Assembly: GCA_005879785.1 (NCBI GenBank)
Contig: VBJV01000045.1
Coordinates: forward strand, 1-46,326
Direction: 5' to 3'
Source of the DNA: Chloroflexota bacterium
GTDB lineage: Bacteria; Chloroflexota; Dormibacteria; Aeolococcales; Aeolococcaceae
Length of the DNA: 46,326 nucleotides
Part shown: positions 25,301 through 33,195 of the stretch, piece by piece
How the letters are laid out: every line of letters starts with the position of its first letter
Numbering within the stretch: position 1 is the stretch's first letter
Translations under genes and position numbers: made by a program
Notes under the pieces: generated by a model
What the model was told of the DNA's origin: nothing
Databases searched by the model: none
What the model saw: only the letters and a program-made list of their open reading frames with translations

Positions 25301-27276
25301 CAGATGTCCAGGTTGCGCACGCTCTTGGCGTGCGTCTGGATGAAGCGCTTGCGGGGCTCCACGTCGGACCCCATCAGCCGGTCGAAGATGTCGTCAGCCT
25401 TGAGCGAGTCCTCCACCGCGACCTGCAGCAGCACGCGCTTGGCCGGGTCCATGGTGGTGGTCCAGAGCTCGTCCGGGTTCATCTCGCCGAGGCCCTTGTA
25501 GCGGGAGACCTCGGAGTCGCGGCCGAGCTCCTTGACCTTCGCATCCCGCTCCGAGTCGCTGTACGCGTAGACGGTGCGCTTGTTGCGACCCTTGCTCTCC
25601 ACCTTGTACAGCGGTGGCTGGGCCAGGTACACGTGCCCGTTCTCCACCAGCGGACGCAGGTGCCGCCAGAAGAAGGTGAGCAGCAGCGTGCGGATGTGCG
25701 AGCCGTCGACGTCGGCGTCGGCCATGAGCACGATGCGGTGATAGCGCAGCTTCTCGAGGCTGAGCGTCTCGCCGAAGCCGGCGCCCAGCGCGGTGATGAG
25801 GTTCTTGATCTCCTCGTTGCCGAGAATCTTGTCCGCGCGCGCCTTCTCGACGTTGAGGATCTTGCCGCGCAGCGGCAGGATGGCCTGGTTGCGCCCGTCA
25901 CGCGCACCCTTGGCCGAGCCGCCCGCCGACTGTCCCTCGACGATGAAGATCTCGCAGTGGGCCGGGTCGCGCTCGCGGCAGTCGACCAGCTTGCCGGGCA
26001 GTGCCGACGATTCGAGCAACCCCTTGCGCTGGACCAGGTCGCGCGCCTTGGCCGCCGCCTGGCGAGCGCGTGCCGCGGTGAGGGACTGCTCGATGATGCG
26101 CCGTCCGTCGCCGGGGTTCTCGTCCAGGTACTGCATGAGCGCATCGCTCAGCACCATGGAGACCTGGCCGGCCACCTCGCTGTTGCCCAGCTTGGTCTTG
26201 GTCTGACCCTCGAACTGCGGCTCGAGCAGCTTCACCGATATCACCGCGGTGAGCCCGTCGCGCACGTCCTCGCCGGTCAGGTTGGGGTCCTGCTCCTTGA
26301 GGATGCTCGCCTTGCGCGCGTACTTGTTGAGCGTCGCCGTCAGCGCGCTGCGGAAACCGGTGACGTGCGAGCCGCCCTCCTCGGTATGGACGTTGTTGGC
26401 GAAGGCGAGCACGTGCTCGGTGAAGGCGGTGTTCTGATACTGCAGCGCGATCTCGACGACGTTGCCTTCGATCTCTCGCTCGACGTACATCGGCCGCGCG
26501 TTGACCACGTTGCGGTTGGCGTTGAGGAACCTGACGAAAGACTGGATGCCGCCCTCGAAATGGAAGGTGTGCGTCACCGACCGCGCCTCGTCGCGCAGCA
26601 TGATCGTGATGCCCTTGTTGAGGAAGGCGTAGTGGCGCAGCGTCCCGGCCACCGTCTCCCAGGAGAACTCGATCTCCGGGAAGATCTGCGGGTCCGCCCA
26701 GAAGCGCACGTACGTGCCCTGCTTCTCGCTCTCGCCGCTGGCCGCGACCGGCCCGTCGGGCACGCCGCGCGTGTACGCCTGGTGGTGCACCTGCGAGGCG
26801 CGGTACACCTCGACCTCGAGGCGCTCGCTGAGCGCGTTGACGACGGAGAGGCCGACACCGTGCAGACCGCCCGACACCTTGTAGCCGCCGCCGCCGAACT
26901 TGCCGCCGGCGTGCAGCTTGGTCAGCACCACCTCGAGGTCGAGCACGGACACGGACCGGTCCGCGTGCAGGGTCACGATGATGGTGTCGCAATAGCCGGC
27001 GAGTGCCTCGTCGATGCTGTTGTCGACCAGTTCGACGACGAGGTGATGGAGGCCGCGCACATCGGTCGAGCCGATGTACATGCTCGGCCGGCGGCGTACT
27101 GGCTCGAGCCCTTCCAGGATCTGGATCTGCTCGGCGCTGTACGTGTCGCGACGGCGCGCTGTGTCGGTTATCGGTGCTGCTCCGGGATGACGTTGGCGGC
27201 TTCTGGCAGTGGTGAGCGAAACCCGTTTCTCCAGCGCGGGAATGCGTGAAAAACGGACACTCGGAACGCTGTCCAT
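25300..27276 (-). CDS. gyrB: DNA gyrase subunit B (ORF intact, but the DxGRGIP ATP-lid segment is missing)
   Basis: ILEGLEPVRRRPSMYIGST, VDNSIDEALAG, LHAGGKFGGGGYKVSGGLHGVG, QTKTKLGN, PLRGKILNVEKA, and DADVDGSHI motifs. The expected DNGRGIPV... block between VSVLD and LEVVLTKLHAGG is absent. Confidence 0.85.
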   Translation of the reverse strand: MDSVPSVRFSRIPALEKRVSLTTARSRQRHPGAAPITDTARRRDTYSAEQIQILEGLEPVRRRPSMYIGSTDVRGLHHLVVELVDNSIDEALAGYCDTIIVTLHADRSVSVLDLEVVLTKLHAGGKFGGGGYKVSGGLHGVGLSVVNALSERLEVEVYRASQVHHQAYTRGVPDGPVAASGESEKQGTYVRFWADPQIFPEIEFSWETVAGTLRHYAFLNKGITIMLRDEARSVTHTFHFEGGIQSFVRFLNANRNVVNARPMYVEREIEGNVVEIALQYQNTAFTEHVLAFANNVHTEEGGSHVTGFRSALTATLNKYARKASILKEQDPNLTGEDVRDGLTAVISVKLLEPQFEGQTKTKLGNSEVAGQVSMVLSDALMQYLDENPGDGRRIIEQSLTAARARQAAAKARDLVQRKGLLESSALPGKLVDCRERDPAHCEIFIVEGQSAGGSAKGARDGRNQAILPLRGKILNVEKARADKILGNEEIKNLITALGAGFGETLSLEKLRYHRIVLMADADVDGSHIRTLLLTFFWRHLRPLVENGHVYLAQPPLYKVESKGRNKRTVYAYSDSERDAKVKELGRDSEVSRYKGLGEMNPDELWTTTMDPAKRVLLQVAVEDSLKADDIFDRLMGSDVEPRKRFIQTHAKSVRNLDI

Positions 27277-27401
27277 TCTACCATTTCCGGGCCCATTTCA
27301 GACCCCTTGGAGACCTCTGGGCCGAGGGGGTTAGCATCACTGCTGTGGACGGCATCGCAGGCGGCGTGCTCGCGTCGGGCCGCTGCCGCGCGGGGTAGTC
27401 C

Positions 27402-30050
27402 GTGGCGCTCGAGGAGTACCGGCGCAAGCGGGACTTCACGCGCACTCCGGAGCCGAGCGGCGAAACCGCCGCCGCGAAGCGGCGCGGCCGGTCGGCCTGG
27501 GACTCACTGCCGCACGGACGGCGGTTCTGCGTGCAGCGCCATCGCGCCACCCGGCTGCACTTCGACTTCCGCCTGGAGCACGACGGCGTGCTGCTGTCGT
27601 GGGCGGTGACCCGCGGCCCGACCCTCGACCCTGCTATCAAACGCCTGGCGGTGATGACCGAGGACCATCCCGTCGACTACGGCGACTTCGAGGGCGTCAT
27701 CCCGTCCGGATACGGCGCCGGCACCGTGCAGCTGTGGGACATCGGCACGTTCGAGTGGGTGCGCGAGTCGGCGGAGAACTACGAGGCGTCGTTCAAGAAG
27801 GGCGACCTCAAGCTCAGGCTGTCCGGCCAGAAGCTCAACGGCGAGTACGCGCTGGTCAACACCGGCGCCCGCGGGGCGCAGTACGGCGGCAGCCGCGAGC
27901 CGGCCCGCAACTGGCTGATGATCAAGAAGCGCGACGAAGCCGTTGTCGAGGGGTTCGACGCCAACAGCCTGGATGTTTCAGTCAAGACTGGCCGCAGCCT
28001 GGACCAGATCGCCGCGGACGAGGGCGGCGATCCTCGCGAGATGCGGCGAGCGGCGCGGGCCCAGCCCGGCCGCTCCTCACCCGCGCGGCCGGCGGCGCGC
28101 GCCCAGCCGCGGCCGGCACCCGCGCCCATGCTGGCCACCCCGGTCGCCGGACCGTTCTCGCGAGAGGGCTGGCTGTTCGAGCTCAAGTACGACGGCGTGC
28201 GCGCGCTGGCCTCCATCGCCGGCGACGAGATGCGCATCGTGGGCCGCAGCGGGCGCGACGAGACGGGCCGGTACCCGGAGCTGCGCTCGCTGGTGCGCTT
28301 CGTGCGCGCGCGCGACGCGGTCCTCGACGGCGAGATCGTGGCGCTCGACGAGCGCGGCGTACCGTCCTTCGAACGCCTGCAGTCGCGCATCAACGTGACC
28401 CGCGCCGCCGACATCGAGCGCGCCGCGCGCGAACACCCGGCGGTGTATGTGGCCTTCGACCTCCTCGAGCTCGACGGCCGCGACCTCGCGCGCACCGCGC
28501 TGCGCATCCGCAAGAAGACGCTGCGTGACGTGATCACGCCATCGCCCGTGCTCATGTATGCCGACCATGTCGAGAACGACGGCGAGCGCTTCTTCGAGGA
28601 GCTGCGGCGCAGCGGCGCCGAGGGCATGGTCGCCAAACGGGCGGACTCGCCGTACCAGCCGGGGATTCGCAGTCGCGACTGGCTGAAGGTGAAGGCGTGG
28701 CACACGCAGTCGTGCGTGATCATCGGTTACACCGCGGGACAGGGACGCCGCCGCGAGCACCTGGGCGCGCTGATTCTCGCGGTGTTCCGCGACGGTGCCC
28801 TGCGTCACTGCGGTCAGGTGGGCACCGGCTTCGACGCGCGCATGCTGCGCGACCTGCGTGACCGCCTCGGCGCGCTGCGCGTCGACGCGCCTGCGGTGGA
28901 ACCGCCGCCACGCACGGCCGAACCGGCGACCTGGGTGAAGCCTGAGCTGGTCTGCGAGGTCCGTTTCGCGGGCTGGACCAACGGCGGGGTATTGCGCCAC
29001 CCGGCGTTCGCCGGCCTGCGCACCGACCTGTCGCCCGCCGACACCGCGCCGGAACGCGAGATTCCGACGGATGCCGCGCTGGCCGATCCGGCACCGCGCT
29101 CCGGACACGCGCCGCCGTCCGATGCAGACGTCGACTCGGCGCTGCGCCGGCTGCGCACACTCCACGGCAACGCGCACTGGGAGGTGGCCGGACGCCGGCT
29201 CGCGCTCACCAACCTCGACAAGCTGCTGTGGCCGCAGGACGGCCTCACCAAGCGCGACATGATCGCCTACTACGTGCGCATGGCGGAGTCTCTCCTGCCG
29301 TACCTGCGCGAGCGCCCGCTGTCCATGCAGGTGTTCCCCGACGGCATCGAGGGCAAGTCCTTCTGGCGCAAGGACAAGCCGTCGCACGCGCCGGCATGGA
29401 TCGATTCCTGGACGTACCACGGCGAGAAGACGAAGACGTACATCGTGGTCAACGAGGTGGCCACGCTGGGCTGGGTGGCCAACGCCGGGGTCATCGACCT
29501 GCACCCGTGGCACTCGCGCATCGACGCGCCGGACCAGCCGGACTGGGCCGTGTTCGACCTGGACCCGTTCGAGCCCGCGACCTTCCGCGACGTGGTGGAC
29601 ATCGCCAAGCTGGTCAAGGCGGCGCTGGACCACTTCCGCATGCGCGGCGTGGTCAAGACCAGCGGGCAGACGGGGCTGCAGATCTACGTCCCCCTGCGCC
29701 GCGGTCCCGACTACACCGTGGTGCGCAACTGGGTCGAGGAGGTCGGCAAGGCGATCGGCCAGGTGGCGCCCGACCGCATCACCTGGCAATGGGAGGTGGC
29801 TCGGCGCACCGGCAAGATCCGCATCGACTACACCCAGAACATCATCAACAAGACCCTGGCCGCGCCGTATTCGCTGCGACCGGCGCGCGGGGCGCCGGTG
29901 TCGACGCCGATCGCCTGGGAGGAGCTGGACGATCCCCGCCTCCGACCCGACCGGTGGACGATCAAGTCCATCGCGCGTCGCGTCGCCGAGGTCGGCGACC
30001 TGTTCCTCGACGCCCTGGCGGGCGACCAGGACCTCCCCAAGGGGGGCTGA
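27402..30050 (+). CDS. ligD: multidomain NHEJ ligase LigD (phosphoesterase - ligase - polymerase/primase)
   Basis: 882 aa with a GTG start. PE domain: KRDFTRTPEP, RLHFDFRLE, EDHPVDYGDFEG. Ligase domain: motif I ELKYDGVRA, DGEIV, EGMVAKR, DWLKVK. Pol domain: LTNLDKLLWP, DLDP, SGQTGLQIYVPL. Confidence 0.9.
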   Translation: MALEEYRRKRDFTRTPEPSGETAAAKRRGRSAWDSLPHGRRFCVQRHRATRLHFDFRLEHDGVLLSWAVTRGPTLDPAIKRLAVMTEDHPVDYGDFEGVIPSGYGAGTVQLWDIGTFEWVRESAENYEASFKKGDLKLRLSGQKLNGEYALVNTGARGAQYGGSREPARNWLMIKKRDEAVVEGFDANSLDVSVKTGRSLDQIAADEGGDPREMRRAARAQPGRSSPARPAARAQPRPAPAPMLATPVAGPFSREGWLFELKYDGVRALASIAGDEMRIVGRSGRDETGRYPELRSLVRFVRARDAVLDGEIVALDERGVPSFERLQSRINVTRAADIERAAREHPAVYVAFDLLELDGRDLARTALRIRKKTLRDVITPSPVLMYADHVENDGERFFEELRRSGAEGMVAKRADSPYQPGIRSRDWLKVKAWHTQSCVIIGYTAGQGRRREHLGALILAVFRDGALRHCGQVGTGFDARMLRDLRDRLGALRVDAPAVEPPPRTAEPATWVKPELVCEVRFAGWTNGGVLRHPAFAGLRTDLSPADTAPEREIPTDAALADPAPRSGHAPPSDADVDSALRRLRTLHGNAHWEVAGRRLALTNLDKLLWPQDGLTKRDMIAYYVRMAESLLPYLRERPLSMQVFPDGIEGKSFWRKDKPSHAPAWIDSWTYHGEKTKTYIVVNEVATLGWVANAGVIDLHPWHSRIDAPDQPDWAVFDLDPFEPATFRDVVDIAKLVKAALDHFRMRGVVKTSGQTGLQIYVPLRRGPDYTVVRNWVEEVGKAIGQVAPDRITWQWEVARRTGKIRIDYTQNIINKTLAAPYSLRPARGAPVSTPIAWEELDDPRLRPDRWTIKSIARRVAEVGDLFLDALAGDQDLPKGG

Positions 30051-30115
30051 AACCCCGGCGGGGCCAACCCGCATGCCTGCCTGAACCGCCCGCTTTGCAA
30101 ATAGAATTCCTGCCA

Positions 30116-30637
30116 ATGGCAGTGCTTCTCCTCAACGCATCACTGCAGCCGCTCAACGTCATCAGTCACCGCCGGCTGGTGGTGCTGCTGACCAAGGAGC
30201 GGGTCGCCTTCATGGACGGCGCTGCGGAGCAAGCCGCCGCCGAGGCCGTGGCGGGCCGCAGGCTGCCCGAGGGCGTGGTCATCGTGCGCCTGCTGCGCAC
30301 CATTCATGTGCCCCGCAGGTTGCTGCGGCCGAACCGTCGCAACCTCCTGCTGCGTGACGACCACACCTGCCAGTACTGCGGTCACGTGGGGACATCCGCC
30401 GAGCTCACCGTCGACCACGTCAAGCCGGTCTCCCGGGGCGGCGCCGCCGACCGCTGGGAGAACGTGGTGATCGCCTGCAAGAAGTGCAACTGGCGCAAGT
30501 CCAACCGGCTGCCCGAGGAGGTCGGGCTGCACCTCCGTCGCAAGCCCGCTCCGCTCACGCAGGAGTACGCGCACATCATCTTCCTGCGCTACCCGGAGCT
30601 GAAGGCCGCGTACGATCGCCTGCTCGCGGTCGCCTGA
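30116..30637 (+). CDS. HNH endonuclease
   Basis: 173 aa. CQYCG...LTVDHVKPVSRGG...NVVIACKKCNWRKSN (HNH with a Cys4 zinc site), plus the N-terminal LLLNASLQPL domain typical of this widespread family. Confidence 0.8.
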   Translation: MAVLLLNASLQPLNVISHRRLVVLLTKERVAFMDGAAEQAAAEAVAGRRLPEGVVIVRLLRTIHVPRRLLRPNRRNLLLRDDHTCQYCGHVGTSAELTVDHVKPVSRGGAADRWENVVIACKKCNWRKSNRLPEEVGLHLRRKPAPLTQEYAHIIFLRYPELKAAYDRLLAVA

Positions 30638-30647
30638 GGAGGAGCAC

Positions 30648-31103
30648 ATGGCACAGACGGTCACCATCGCCGGCCAGCAGTTCAAGAAGCGCAACATCGT
30701 CGGCGTCTGGATCGGGCTGCCGCTCATCACGCTGGGCATCTACTTCTTCGTCTGGATCTACAAGGTCAACTACGAGGCGCGCCGTTCCGTGCTCGCGTTC
30801 ATCCCCGGATTCCTCCTCATCGTGCCGCCGTACATCGCCGTGTACCGGCTGGGCAAGCGCATCCAGCGCATGGAGGAGGCGGCGCAGATGCAGAGCCGCG
30901 CAGAGCCCGTGCTCGGCCTCATCCTCGCCTTCCTGTACGGCGCGTACCTGCTCTACTACCAGAGCCACCTCAACGGCATCTGGGACCGCTACCTGCAGGT
31001 GCCGGTCACGCCGCCGCAGCCGCTCGCGCCCCCGCCGCCGATCACGGCCGCGCCGCAGCTGCCACCACCACAGAACGCCCCGCCGCCCCCGCCCATCGGC
31101 TGA
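30648..31103 (+). CDS. DUF4234-like small membrane protein with proline-rich tail
   Basis: LGIYFFVWIYKVNYE motif and 3-4 hydrophobic spans. The C-terminal 45 residues are more than 50 percent Pro. GGAGGAG lies upstream, 10 nt after the HNH stop. Confidence 0.7.
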   Translation: MAQTVTIAGQQFKKRNIVGVWIGLPLITLGIYFFVWIYKVNYEARRSVLAFIPGFLLIVPPYIAVYRLGKRIQRMEEAAQMQSRAEPVLGLILAFLYGAYLLYYQSHLNGIWDRYLQVPVTPPQPLAPPPPITAAPQLPPPQNAPPPPPIG

Positions 31104-31153
31104 GCGGGTCGGCGTTCACGCGCGGTTCGCCTGCCTATACTCAACGTCAAACA

Positions 31154-31969
31154 ATGCCTCGATCGATGTGGCGCGGCGCAATCAGCTTTGGCATGGTGGC
31201 CATCCCCGTGCGGCTGTACCTGGCCACCGAGTCGAAGAGCCCTTCGTTTCGCCTGCTCTGCCCCAACGACCGAGCCCCGATCCGCAACAAGCGTTGGTGC
31301 ACGGTCGAGGACAGGGAGATCGGCTGGAACGATGCGCTGCGCGGCTACGAAGTCGGCAAGGACGAGTACGTCGTCATCGAGGACAACGACCTCGACGAGC
31401 TGCCACTGCATACGACGCACACGATCGACATCGTCGAGTTCTGTCCCGACGAGGAGATCGAGGCCGGGCTGTACATGAAGAGCGCCTACTACCTCGAGCC
31501 CGAGGCGGTGGGTGGCAGGCCGTACAACCTGCTGCGGGCGGCGCTGGACAAGACGGGCAAGGTGGCGATCGGCAAGATCGCGCTGCGCGACCGCGAGCAT
31601 CTCTGCCGGCTGGCGCTGCACGACAGCGGGCTGCTGCTCAACACCCTGTACTGGCCCGACGAGATCCGCAGCACGAAGGAGCTGTCGATCCCCGAGGACG
31701 GCGAGGTGCCCAAGCGCGAGCTCGATATGGCCGTGATGCTGGTCGAGAACCTGAGCGCGCACTTCGACCCGCAGCGGCACAAGGACGAATACCGCGAGGC
31801 GCTGCTGAAGGTCGTCGAAGCCAAGATGGCCAACCAGCCCGTGGAACGCCTGGCGGCGCCGGAACCGGCCAAGGTGACCGACCTCATGGCCGCGCTGAAG
31901 GCGTCGGTCGAAGCGGCTCAGGCCGGCAAGAAGGCCGCCGAGCCTGTCCGCCGCCGCAAGGCCTCCTGA
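31154..31969 (+). CDS. ku: NHEJ DNA end-binding protein Ku
   Basis: RSMWRGAISFGMVAIPVRLY N-terminus, typical ~270-aa length, and a basic C-terminal tail. Confidence 0.9.
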   Translation: MPRSMWRGAISFGMVAIPVRLYLATESKSPSFRLLCPNDRAPIRNKRWCTVEDREIGWNDALRGYEVGKDEYVVIEDNDLDELPLHTTHTIDIVEFCPDEEIEAGLYMKSAYYLEPEAVGGRPYNLLRAALDKTGKVAIGKIALRDREHLCRLALHDSGLLLNTLYWPDEIRSTKELSIPEDGEVPKRELDMAVMLVENLSAHFDPQRHKDEYREALLKVVEAKMANQPVERLAAPEPAKVTDLMAALKASVEAAQAGKKAAEPVRRRKAS

Positions 31970-31983
31970 GCCAAACACGCCAG

Positions 31984-33084
31984 GTGGGCGGGGCGGGCGC
32001 GTCGCGACGGCGGGCGGACCCTGCTGCGGATGCCCTGCCGCTCACCCTGCCCACGCCACGCGCGCTCCCCGGCCAGATGCGCCTGGAGGCTGCGGTGCCG
32101 TGCTCGCAGCCCTTCGACGACCTCGACTGGCGGTTCAGCGTGGACTGGGACGGGGCCCGAGCGCTGCTCATCGCCGCCGGCGGCGGGGCAACGCGGCTCC
32201 GTGGCGAGTCGGCCGTCGACCTCACCACGCGCTTCCCCGAGCTCACCGGCACCGCTGACGAGCTGGCCGCTCGCGCCGCGGTGCTCGACGGCGTCATCGC
32301 CGTGCTCGACGGTGACGGGCGCCCCGACCTGCATGGCTTCGGCCGCCGCCTGGCACTGGGCGGCGACGGCGCCGGGATGCTGCCCGTGGTGTTCCTCGCC
32401 ACCGACGTTCTCCACCTGGATGGCGCGTCGACGATGGCGTGGCCGCTCGACCGGCGCCTCGAGGCGCTCACCGGCCTGGTCGGTCACAGCGATGCCGTGC
32501 AGGTGCCCGACCACGTCTCCGGCCGGGGTCGCGCCCTGGCCGAGGCGGCCCTGGAACGGGGGCTGAGCGCGCTGCTGGCTCGCCGCGGCGACGCCGCGTA
32601 CCACGCCGGCATGGCCTCCCCGCACCGGCTGCGGGTGGCGCTGACCCCGACGGTCACCTGCGTCGTCGTCGGCATCGAGCATCGCCGGCACCGCCCGATG
32701 CGCCTGCTGCTCGGCCTGCACGAGGCCGGCCGCCTGGGCATGGCCGGCTGGGTCACCGGCCCGCACGACATGGTCATCGAGCGCTGGCTGGAGCGCGTCG
32801 CGGCACCGCTCGCGGGCGGGACGCCGCCGGCCGGCTTCGGCGCCGGGGACGCTGTGAGCTGGCTCCGGCCCGGCCTGACCGCGACCGTGAGCCACCACGG
32901 CAGCGAGCGCGACGGCACCCTGAGACGGCCGGTGCTGCTCGCCGTGCGCGACGACGTCGACCCGGCCTGGTGCATGCGGCGTGAGCCGGTGCCGCCACCG
33001 CGAGACGCCAAGTCCGGCGGCGGGTTCGCGCCGACCCTGCTGGTGCCCCTGCCCCTGGACGACGCGGTCACGGTTCGGCGCTGA
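31984..33084 (+). CDS. ATP-dependent DNA ligase-like protein with all nucleotidyltransferase catalytic residues replaced (predicted pseudo-enzyme)
   Basis: It is collinear with the LigD ligase plus OB domains. However, motif I is SVDWDGARA (Lys to Asp), motif III is LDGVIA (Glu to Val), motif IV is LSALLARR, and motif V is RLRVAL. The GTG 31984 start is 14 nt after the ku stop; the alternative is ATG 32077. Confidence 0.7.
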   Translation: MGGAGASRRRADPAADALPLTLPTPRALPGQMRLEAAVPCSQPFDDLDWRFSVDWDGARALLIAAGGGATRLRGESAVDLTTRFPELTGTADELAARAAVLDGVIAVLDGDGRPDLHGFGRRLALGGDGAGMLPVVFLATDVLHLDGASTMAWPLDRRLEALTGLVGHSDAVQVPDHVSGRGRALAEAALERGLSALLARRGDAAYHAGMASPHRLRVALTPTVTCVVVGIEHRRHRPMRLLLGLHEAGRLGMAGWVTGPHDMVIERWLERVAAPLAGGTPPAGFGAGDAVSWLRPGLTATVSHHGSERDGTLRRPVLLAVRDDVDPAWCMRREPVPPPRDAKSGGGFAPTLLVPLPLDDAVTVRR

Positions 33085-33195
33085 TCGCCTTCACGGCGGC
33101 GGATGCGAATCGCGGCGTATGCGATGATCGGCTCACCGCTTGCAGGAGCTCCCCGCATGGTGCGATCGGCCTGACGCGGCGGAGGGGTGACCGCG

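Noticed and set aside
21932-27276. Inteins or introns as the explanation for the gyrA/gyrB irregularities
   Set aside because: The irregularities are missing conserved residues (deletions), not insertions. No Cys/Ser...HN splice-junction blocks or endonuclease motifs are present.
27277-27401. SOS/LexA-type operator upstream of ligD, or a recognisable gyrB promoter
   Set aside because: I found no TCGAAC-N4-GTTCGA-like or CTGT-N8-ACAG-like palindrome, and only weak hexamers. Nothing here is supportable by eye.
30484-33084. 866-aa ORF suggesting one giant gene across DUF4234, ku and the ligase-like gene
   Set aside because: Only the last ~366 codons (from 31984) are protein-like. Upstream, this frame overlaps the well-supported DUF4234 and Ku frames and reads as Arg/Ser/Pro low-complexity sequence.
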